Assembly: GCA_964057225.1 (NCBI GenBank)
Contig: OZ059898.1
Coordinates: 3,968,001 to 4,032,000 of the forward strand
Length of the DNA: 64,000 nucleotides
DNA from: Auanema rhodensis
Taxonomy: Eukaryota; Animalia; Nematoda
Direction: 5' to 3'
Part shown: positions 53,726 to 64,000 of the stretch, in pieces
Numbering within the stretch: position 1 is the stretch's first letter
Layout: each line of letters starts with the position of its first letter
Notes under the pieces: generated by a model
The model's input: only the letters and a program-made list of their open reading frames with translations
The model's database searches: none
Told to the model about the DNA's origin: nothing
Position numbers and translations under genes: made by a program

Positions 53726-54929
53726 TTACTTTTCATGTCTATTCAAGCCTTTTTCTCTCTTTTTCTCCCACTTTCTATTATTTTGTGAACTATCTGCCTA
53801 TTCATTTTTATCTTAAGTTTTTCTCACACAGACTATTATGAGTTCACATAAGTGGCATCTCAGTTTTTTCCCTAATCCCATTCCTATATAGTAATTTTTC
53901 ATAACAGTACAAATGTATATAAATAATTCTAAAATTTCTTTCTATTTCTAATAAGATTTAGTTAAATTTAATTAATATTAATTGAATGTTTGAATTTTAA
54001 GAATAATTTTATGAACTTAAATAACATTATTAGTTTTTAATTTTTGTATAATTATAATTACTCAATCCCTATTACTTCTCGATACCCTATATCGTTGGAA
54101 TTGGATTTTAGTGTTCGAGAAACACGACTTACTAGAAAATGTTCTTATTTTCTTCCACTTGTTAACTAGCTCATGAGAGTGGATGCATAAAGAATTAGCC
54201 TTATAGCTCACAATTGAATGAAAATGGAAGAAAACTGGAGAAAAATATAACTAAAATGAGATAAAAAGGCATAGAAAAGGAGAGTTGTAAAAGATTGTGG
54301 TTTAGTTGCACCTACAACCTCACAAACATATTTTTCTGTCAGTTTCTTCTTATTTTTATTTTTTTTCATCTGAATTCTACAACATATGAACAGTTCTTTA
54401 CCAACCACAACCTTTGTTATTTTCATTTCATCTTCTATTCAAAGATGGAATTATATAAGAAATAAAAAAAAAATAAGAAGGTATTGGTAACATTCATTCT
54501 TTTTTTTTTCTTATCGCATGATCATTTATGTATCTAATACATACATATATGCATGTGTTCAAACCAAATTTTTTTTCTTTCTTCCTCATGTATTCAATAC
54601 AAGCTACACAAAACATTTGGTTATTATTTCTTTATCAATTCATTTCTATTCTTGTATAATAATGATTTTCTTTGGGATTTGGATTAATTGACTTAATAAA
54701 TAAGCATATCTCTTCACTATATCTTATATAATTTTAAAGAAAATATGCATTTTTGTTGACAAATCATTGTAGTTTAGCTTCAAATCTGCAAGACTATTGA
54801 TCTCTTTATTTCAAATTTTTTTCAATCTTTCACTTTGATATAGTATATTTATCATTGTATTTTCGAAATTTAATTTTTACTAATTAAAGATATAATATAT
54901 AATATATATAGCATATACTATACATATAC

Positions 54930-54968
<39 letters not shown>

Positions 54969-55798
54969 GAGCTTTTTCATTTATAGTGAATGAAATTTTC
55001 TTTTAAGAATCTTTGTCTTGCATCTTCTACTACACATCTAAATAATATACATACATGTACATTCACTGAAGCTTTCATATTAATTATTGTAAATTCCATT
55101 GCCTTTTGCTTTTTTTTACAAATATTCGTTGAAACTTGTAAATTCACTAATCAGTCATCGTAAAATTTTAATTTAATTCATGTTTTTAAAATTAAAATCA
55201 ACAAAGATACAATAATTTTATTCACATATTTTTTTACAACAAAAAAACAAATATTCGAAATTGATTCTTTAAATATATTTGTGTAACTATTTTAATTATA
55301 TATTATAAAATAATAAAATAACTAATTCAAGAAAAGAAGATAAGACATAGAAATCGGATCAGCCAATTCGCTCATAGAACAAAAACATATTTTTATTTTT
55401 TTTGTAAAAATGAGAAAAATCTTGGCTACCTTTAAATTTCTGCTTTTTTTATTTTTTGTTCTGTTTTGGCTTCGTTCGTTAATTCCTGCTGTTGTACATA
55501 AAGTAACAGTTAAAAAATTGTTGTACTTTAATATTAGTAAGACAACAATATTTTTTCGATTAAAAATAAACAAATATTTATATATTATATAGTATATATG
55601 CATACACATATTTCTTTTTTTTTTCTATTTTAAAATATTCTCAATTTTTATAGACGATTTTCTTATTGCACTTTCGTTTAATAAAAAATGTTTTTTTTAT
55701 TATAAATCAAAAATGAAATAACAAAAATTATTTATTGTTATAATATATATAAAATATAATTATATTTTTAAAAAACCACTAATATTTCAAAAATTAAT

Positions 55799-55866
55799 CT
55801 CTTCTTCTTTTCCTTCTTCTTCTTCTTCTTCTTCTTCTTTGTCGTCGTCGTCTTCTTCTTCTTCTT
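55799..55866. repeat. Compound (CTT)n-(GTC)n-(TTC)n trinucleotide repeat
   Basis: Directly visible. Confidence 0.85.
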
Positions 55867-57157
55867 TTGCAATACAACATGATGTAACTCATTATTCAAA
55901 ATTGGAAATACAACTCGCATTTCTGAGAAGCTTATCCTTCTCAGGTTCTTAGTTTCATTTACATCCATTTACACAGCTAAAAGAAATAGCAGAAGAAGAG
56001 TAGGAGTAATGCAGATTCTATCTATATCTAATCCATTTTCTTTTTTCATCCTTTTGATATTTGAATCAATCTTTTTAAAATAATTATATATCTAATTAAT
56101 CAACAATATAAATTTTGCCATATTTTGATATAAATATATATTTATATATTAAAATGAAAAAAATAAGAATTCTCTTTTTTTGTGTTATTTTATGTCGATT
56201 TCTTTAAACATTTTTGAAAATAACAATTATTTTTGGAGGAAAAAAAGAGAGAAAGAGAGAAGGTCTCTCTCACACATATGTTGATGCTTAAAAAACATTT
56301 TCGCTATCTGCACATAGTGAGATGGAAAGAAAAGGAAATATGGATAAAGAAAATTAATTTTTTAGGTTTTTTAATCAAACACAGAAGAAAATGAGAAACA
56401 AGCATGTCATGACATTGTCTTTGTGTTTCTGAAGCACAGAAAAACTCATCTGTTATTCCAGACTTTCTGAAAATAAGCTTCAATTCTGAGTATGCCATGA
56501 ATAAATAAATTATGAATTATCTGAAAACTGACTCTATCTCTGTCTCTTTCTTTCTCGCAGTTCTATCTCTTTCCTTTGACTCTGAGATCTCGACCTTTCT
56601 AATTTATACGAAGCATTTATGATTTCTTTTTTAAATCTATATATTTCTATTTTTATTCTTTTATTCATTTCAATTTTTATGTTTCCTTCTATTTCTATAG
56701 TATTAATCTATATTATCTATATTTTCATCTTTATTTTTCTTTCATATATTTTACTTATATCAATTTTTGTTATTTTTTCATAAATATTTCTATTTTTTCA
56801 ACATTTCATTAAGTCTTAATATTATTATTTTTCCATTTTTTTCAAATCTTATATGGTGTACATAGCAGATATCAACCAATTTTTCTATTTGAAACAATGA
56901 TATATTCTTTTTTATTATCTTTTTAATTAATATATTAATCATATCTAAACAAAGTCATTCATAGTTATCAAAATATTAGATTGAAATATGAAAAGAAGGT
57001 ACAGGAAGCTGTTATGTGTTCAGCTTCAAGATGAGGTTTGTACCTGCTGAAGATGAAAAAGGAACGCGTAGTATGAAAGAAAAAGCAAAAAAAGTAGGAA
57101 AAGAATTTGAGAGAGAATAAGTAAGATATAAGTTATAAGAAGAGAAAAAAGGAATTG

Positions 57158-57194
<37 letters not shown>

Positions 57195-57670
57195 GGTGGG
57201 AGAAAAATGGAGGGTGAGAGTGCGCTAGAAAGACAGACAGTGAAAATGATGAAAAGGAGAGCATTAGAAGCGAACCAAAGTCAAAGTCAGCTTGATTCTA
57301 GTCAACCTTAAAGCAAGCATAACGTAGGGTTCTTTATACTCTCATTTAACTCCCACACACATGAGAATGATGCTGATGAAGATGAAAAAGCCTGAAAACG
57401 TTGAATAAAGAGATCTCGAGAAAATAGAATGGTCCTATATACTTCATTATTTTAGAAGAATATACGAAAATAATTTTTTTGGATTTTATGACGTGAAATT
57501 CGATGGAATCAATGATGATTGAAGAAGTGAAGGGGAAGAAAGCTCATCAAATACAAAATTTTGAAATAGACATTAAGATGAAATAACATGCGTGAACAAA
57601 TTAATCACGTGTTTCCACGTCAATACATAATTCTTCAAATTAACTAAAATAGAAGAGAGAGGGTTTGAAA

Positions 57671-57700
57671 CAGAGAGAGAGAGAGAGAGTAAGAGAAGAG

Positions 57701-57769
<69 letters not shown>
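57671..57769. repeat. Interrupted (GA)n microsatellite
   Basis: Directly visible; explains spurious ORFs 57644-57862 and 57665-58042. Confidence 0.9.
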
Positions 57770-58206
57770 TACAATTGGGTTAGAGAAATAATGGTACAGA
57801 GAAAAATAAAAAGAGAAAAGGAAAACTATGGAAGAGAAGAACTTGAAAGAGCAAAGAAGCAAGAGAAAGAAGGAAGGACATTAGTTGAGCGCCGGATAAT
57901 AGAAAGCCGGAGGACTGACGTTTCCTTCTTCCGCCTGCCAAACAGCTGTATCGTTTCTTTTCGTCTTTCGTTGCCTTATAGATATAACTTCAAAACTTTA
58001 TATTTCCTCATGTTTTCAAACCACACTCACCTCAGTCATTGAGTTTTTTTAATCATAAAAGTTTCGATATATAAAAAAAATAATTGATATATATTTAAAA
58101 TTGATTTTGCTTCCAAAAAAAGAGAAGATTATAGTATAAATGAAAAAATAAACAATTTTCTGATGCTCTATTCAACCATCTAAGATACATCTACATAGAG
58201 AATATA

Positions 58207-59495
58207 TTAGGTACCGGAAAAAGTAATCGACGTTTCAAATTCAAATAGTCATTTTTTATATATTTGGCGGGATATAATAAAATTAATTAAAAAAGTATAA
58301 ACAGCATAAATAACTACTATTTATATATAATTATTTTATGCATGTGTAGTGATCATATATTCTGAATAAAATTATTTTTTTGAAGATTGAAAATGGTCTA
58401 CTCGAGTGTTACAATTCGCTCAGTTTTGCTTTATGAATTCAAGAACAATCTTAAAGCTTCTGAAGCTGCTCAAAAAATTAGAAGAGTGTTCGGTGATGAT
58501 GCTGTGAGTGACGGAGTGGCAAGATTCTGGTTCAGAAGATTCAAAACAGGAAATGAAGACCTTGAAGATGAACAACGTCTCGGTCGACCAAGAATTCTTG
58601 ATGATGATAAGTTAAAAGAGAAAATTCACGAAACACCAAGAGCAACTTGTCAGGAACTATGTAGAGATTTGAATTGTGATGAATCTACAGTTAGGAAGCG
58701 TCTACATGAGTTAAACTACATCAAAAAGCTCGACAAATGGATTCCACATACTCTCTCCGAAGACAACAAGTTGACTCGCCTGACTATAGCTGCTTCTCTT
58801 CTCTCTATGAATTCTCAGGACCCTTTCATCGATCGTATTCTCACCTGTGATGAAAAATGGGTTGAATACGATAACTCCAGAAGATCAGCACAATGGCTTC
58901 AACGAGGAGAACCGGCAGGAACCATAGCTAAGAAGGCACTGACATCAAAAAAAATTTTGATTACTGTATGGTGGACTTCACACGGAATTGTTCACGTAGA
59001 TTATTTGCCAAAAGGGAGAACTATCGATAGAACAGCATATTGTGCTCAGATAGACATAGTTCATCAGAAACTCATCAAACTTCGCCCGGCTTTAGTCAAC
59101 AGGAAAGGAGTTCTACTGCTTCAGGACAACGCAAGGCCTCACATTGCAATTGAGACTCGGAACAAGATAGAAAGCGTTGGATGGAGTCTTTTACCACACC
59201 CACCTTACAGCCCAGATCTTTCACCCACTGATTATCACTTGTTTCTTTCACTTTCTAACTTTTTATGTAACAAAACTTTTTCAAATGAAATCGAGCTCAG
59301 AACTGAACTCAACACATTTTTCGCCTCTAAAACCCTAGACTTTTTTTCACGTGGAATGAATAATCTTGTAGAACGTTGGGAAAAAACAATAAATTGTAAT
59401 GGTGATTATTTTGTAGAATAAACTTATTTTTAAAAAAAAATTTTGTAGTTTAATGTGAAGGTTCAAAAACGTCGATTACTTTTTCCGGTACCTAA
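58207..59495 (+). mobile_element. Full-length mariner (DD34D) DNA transposon, 1289 bp
   Basis: Perfect 29-bp TIRs TTAGGTACCGGAAAAAGTAATCGACGTTT (58207-58235; reverse complement at 59467-59495), TA target duplication on both sides, single transposase ORF. Confidence 0.97.
58393..59421 (+). CDS. Mariner transposase, 342 aa, uninterrupted
   Basis: HTH region (FWFRRFKTG..LEDEQRLGRP), WIPHTL linker, TCDEKW, LQDNARPH and HPPYSPDLSPTDYHLF; exactly 34 residues between the 2nd and 3rd Asp. First ATG is 58393; the track starts at an upstream TTG. Confidence 0.96.
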   Translation: MVYSSVTIRSVLLYEFKNNLKASEAAQKIRRVFGDDAVSDGVARFWFRRFKTGNEDLEDEQRLGRPRILDDDKLKEKIHETPRATCQELCRDLNCDESTVRKRLHELNYIKKLDKWIPHTLSEDNKLTRLTIAASLLSMNSQDPFIDRILTCDEKWVEYDNSRRSAQWLQRGEPAGTIAKKALTSKKILITVWWTSHGIVHVDYLPKGRTIDRTAYCAQIDIVHQKLIKLRPALVNRKGVLLLQDNARPHIAIETRNKIESVGWSLLPHPPYSPDLSPTDYHLFLSLSNFLCNKTFSNEIELRTELNTFFASKTLDFFSRGMNNLVERWEKTINCNGDYFVE

Positions 59496-60186
59496 TATAT
59501 ATGTATATATATATATATATATACATATGTATATCCAATTGTGTATGTTTAAAGCTTTAATCAATTTCAACTCAATCTACTAACTCACTAACCATGTAGT
59601 TTTTCTTTTATTGAATTTTATGTGAAAAAAAAAAGATATTTCAATTTTCTACACTATATCACAAACATATCATATACATTTATGTAAGTAGTGAAATTCT
59701 TCTTTTTTAAGTTTTTTTTGATTTTTCATGAATTATTTCATAGTTCACATAGTGTATTAGAGCCCAATGAACAACATTTTTGATTTTTGGTTAAAAAATA
59801 TCTTTGCATAACGTAAAAAAAATTCAAAAATGAATATATGACTGACTATTTAGTTAAATAGTGTTATACTCATATTTACATATATATTGTCTAATAAGGT
59901 TTTTTCTTCTAAAAGTTTTATTTAAAAAACAGCGAACAGTACAATGATTTTTGCAAAAATTTGAATTTACTGGGTTGTTATGGAGAAATTTTAATTTTCA
60001 AAATTTCAAATAATAAGTGTCAGAAGACAACGAATAAGGAAGTGAAACATACATATATATTTCAATCAAATTGAATTGTTTATCTTATTTTTGAAATGAT
60101 ATCTTCTATATTTCAAAAAATTGGCAAATGTTTAAAAGTCACGCTATTTGGGTCGGAGAGTCCTTTCAAATACGAAATACAAGTAT

Positions 60187-60241
<55 letters not shown>

Positions 60242-60507
60242 TGTGTGTGTGTGTGTACGGAAACTTCATTTCTTCTTATTTTTCTGTACAAAAAGTACTT
60301 TGAAAATACATACATACATAGTTGATGAGAAAAAAATACAAATTCGTTGCCTAGTTCATTTTTCCCCCTGAATACATCATTCATTCTAAATGTATTTCAA
60401 TAAAATCAAATTCACTTGGACAATTTTTTTACTAAGCAATAGTTTTCAATGTCAATAAATACCGAATGATGCAATATTTCGTTGTTTTCTAATTTCTAAA
60501 ATATTTT

Positions 60508-60546
<39 letters not shown>

Positions 60547-63128
60547 CGTTTTGGTTCGTGGAAATCTGAAAAAAAATGTATGATGACGTCAGACAACATT
60601 TATTTTCTATTATTATTATACTTATTTCATATAATTTTTTTTTATTATTGCTTTATAATGTTATTCTTCTTCTTCTTCTTTTTTTCTTCGATTTTCTTCC
60701 AAATATCTTTTCTCTCTATAGTTCTTATCATCACAAATTTCTATATGTTCAAACATTTTTTTATATTGTTTCATTTCAATATTTGCATTTTAATACTATA
60801 TATCAACATCTATAATGAAATTCAATACTTTTACTTTTCTAAAGTGCCATTAAATTGTCCTGAAACCTACCATGACCATGTCCACACAAATTAATTGAAG
60901 TACATAGTTGGTGAATTTGTCTTTTTTCTTTCTCTATTGGAAGAATTTTTATTTGCTTCTATTTCAAATTATATATTATATCTGGAAAAATATCAAAATC
61001 CTTGTCATTTTATTTTGTTAAAACTGATAAAAATATAAAAATCAAATAAATTTGATAAAGTTGCAACATTTTTCCACATTTTTATTTTTATCTATTTATA
61101 GATTATTTCAAAAACAAACAAACAAACAAACAGATAAATTTATAACTTTGTTATTTTATAGTTAATATATTGTTGCAGCTCATATAACTATATGGACTCA
61201 TCTTAATTTTTTGAGCATTCAGGTGCTTCAACGTCTGTAAGATAAAAAATTCAATTCAATATCAAATACTTTTGAAAGATCCACATTTTTTAAAAAAAAT
61301 TAAATAATTCTTTTATAGTGTTAATTATGTTAAACTTAAAATATTAATATTATTTGAAATTTCAACTATTTTTAAAATATACAATCAAAACTATTTCATT
61401 TACAAATATCTATATATATATATATATATATTTCTTTTGATAATTTTAATTATTATTTAATTACTCATTATTACTTTCATTTTGAATATTTTATTGATGA
61501 ATTAAAAAAAAAGTTTATTTCTATTGTTTGAGAATTAGAAAATGTATTTTTAGTATAAAGAAAAATACAGTGATTCAAATATAATCGACTGCTTTCAACT
61601 GGTGAAAGAATAATAAAAAAATCCAATTTTGATACAAATGTGTCTATTTTTAATTTCCAAAAATTGGAAAAAAAGGAGAATTAAGAAGATATATTTGAAA
61701 TTTTCGCATGAATCTCATTGAAAGTGCCGGTCTTTAAAATCACAAGATCTTACTCATTTATCTATAGTACAAGTGAATGAGAATCTATTTTTCTTGAGTT
61801 TATCTTAGAAAATAAGAATATTTATCAGTAAGGTGAATAACCTATTATTTCAAATGTTTAGCTTTTGCATATAATGGAAAAATGTAAATTTTTTTATTTT
61901 GTTGATTCTTATCCCTTTTTCTTCTTCTTTTTTTCTTTTAAATTGTTTGATTCGCATTTTATAAAAATCTATTAAAGAAGATTTGATGCGAATATTGACC
62001 GCACACAAGCTCATATTTGAAGAAAACTGTTTTAGAAAAAATAAGTGTGTATAATCATTTTTTTCAATTTCTTTCAAGTTATAGATATGAATATCTTTTT
62101 GTGATTTTTTCGATATTCGTTTTGAGAAAAGTGTCCATTTACTTTTATCCATCAAAATGTACATGCATACATGATGATTCATGTTGAGCTTCAAGAATTT
62201 ATTCAAAAACCTTTTTACGGACATTGCATCACTGCCTTAACTGTCAAATCTGCTTGGCAAGAAAGGATAAAGATAACTACGGAGAGGGTTAGAGAAAAAA
62301 AGAAGAAGTAGGGTGTGTGAAGGAAAGACACAGCTGAGGAAGTATAGAGCGATAGATATGCAGAGAAAGCAAGAGATTCGAGAATTGAGGCAGAGGATGT
62401 CCTCCGTTTGGCAACTAGGCTGTAGACGCTTGCCTGCCTTTTTGCTCTGCCTATCTATTCCTAGTCTTTCGTTTCTCTGTTTCACGTGCTCCTTGCTCTC
62501 CTTCCTACGTCTCTGTCCTAGCCTCGTTTAAGAGCATACTCTCTGAAGGTCCATGAGCTTGCTGCTGACGCTGTCAATGTCTCTTAAATGCGCAAACTAG
62601 GTCTTCTACTCCTCTTCTCTCTTTCTCTCAATCTCTCTCTGTTTTATCGCTCTCCTTCTCGTTGCTCTCTCATTTAATAATACTATTTTTGAATGCCGTT
62701 CTTCCTTACTCTCCCTCTTTCTTCACAATGCCATTGCGTTCACCATCATATACAGACAAGCAGAATCTAGTCCTCCTTCTCCTTCTTGTCTTCTAACACT
62801 TGGACAACAACGAGCCTGAAAAAAGTTCGGAAGATACGAAACTGCTTGGTTCTTTTATTTTCTTATTCGAAAGTATAGCGCCAATATTACTCAGTTTATT
62901 TTCATCAGTAGTACAAGGCTGCTAGCTAGCTATTCTAGCTTATTTCATTCCCCAGCAAACATTTTCATTCAGAAAAAGTATTGAAATATCTTCCAATATT
63001 CGTAGATATCTGCAGCTTATATCTGGTAATTGATATTCGTTAGTCTCATATTGCTATTAGGCTTTAACCAGTAATACACGGCAGCACTTCTCTTGATTTT
63101 CTAAAATTCACTGAATTGCTATTGAACT

Positions 63129-63252
63129 ATGAATGAGCCGGAGGATCGAATTCTTCACAAAGATAGCTCATGCACATCTCGTGGTCGGCCAGAAATACCA
63201 CGAAAAATGCGCCTTTTACGTCATTTATCTGGTTTGCTAGATTCGAAAAAAG
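63129..63252 (+). CDS. Putative alternative first coding exon MNEPEDRILHKDSSCTSRGRPEIPRKMRLLRHLSGLLDSKK (phase 1); gene would continue beyond the window
   Basis: ATG, 41 codons + 1 nt, strong AAG|GTAAGC donor; GC-richer than flanks; preceded by a GA/CT-rich promoter-like region at 62230-62830. Confidence 0.55.
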
Positions 63253-63911
63253 GTAAGCTAAGCTAATTTATAGTGAAGGACTGAACTTTAGTCAAAGCCT
63301 GTTTATAATAGTTTTATTTATTGGTTATAATATATATATATATATACTCATGTTTAAAGCTAACTTTAACTATATATTTAACTTTTTTTTCTTTTATATA
63401 ACTCAAAAGACTTTCTTTCTCTTACATTTCTTGTCAAATTGAAATATGCTACTCGAGACGTAGGCAATGTATATAGAGAACCTTTTACGAGCCTTTCCAT
63501 AATTGAAAAATTTTAATTATCATCTATAGCCACCTCTATTCTCTACATTGTCTCTTAAAATTACCAATCAACATTCAGTCAAAATTTGAAAGTTATTTTC
63601 ACATTTTATTATCATGTTCTTCTTCATCTATCTATATTATTATTTTGATTATAAACTTTTTTTTTAGTTTATATACATATATAGTATGTTGAACGATTAA
63701 TTCAATTTTTATGTTAAATTTATAATATATAGTAAAGATATATATATATATGTTTTCTATATCAATTCATAGATAATTTTATTATATTTTATTATATACT
63801 ATAATAATAATAATAATAAAAAAAAATACCTTTTTCAAAATGAAATATTCTATAAATAATGTTAATATTCATATTTCTTAATAATTATATTATAGTTCAT
63901 ACAAAAATTGT

Positions 63912-63950
<39 letters not shown>

Positions 63951-64000
63951 TGATACATTATAATGTGATAAGAATATTTTATTAATTTTATTATCTTTTT

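Noticed and set aside
57644-58042. 125-aa RE-repeat ORF beside the mariner
   Set aside because: Translation of a (GA)n microsatellite, outside the TIRs
60096-62531. Multiple 70-124 aa ORFs
   Set aside because: Low-complexity or microsatellite-derived, with no splice structure or domain; 62230-62830 is better explained as promoter or leader DNA

Overview
Eukaryotic, AT-rich, intron-dense DNA from a clade V (rhabditid-type) nematode, inferred from the gene set, ~40-55 nt introns and a FLP-14 neuropeptide gene; the species cannot be fixed from the sequence. The ORF track is mostly exon fragments, so genes were rebuilt by hand from splice sites. The left part (1-31 kb) is gene-dense: the 3' part of set-16 (KMT2C/D-type H3K4 methyltransferase), ads-1 (alkyl-DHAP synthase), a GH2 beta-mannosidase, cox-5A (minus strand), unc-71/ADAM and two tandem paralogues encoding secreted DUF5648-like proteins with mucin tails. 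These are followed by flp-14 (4x KHEYLRFamide) and a minus-strand histidine-phosphatase-family gene whose catalytic residues appear replaced. The region 40-64 kb is very AT-rich and microsatellite-rich. It holds several phase-compatible putative 5' exons of one large unidentified + strand gene and an intact DD34D mariner transposon. The most notable points are relaxed splice-site use (many AAG acceptors, one GAG, one apparent GT-GG intron, two GC donors), the pseudophosphatase, the multi-promoter unknown gene, a skippable two-peptide exon in flp-14, and the intact mariner. No tRNA, rRNA or CRISPR array was seen, and no wholly new system could be demonstrated from sequence alone.
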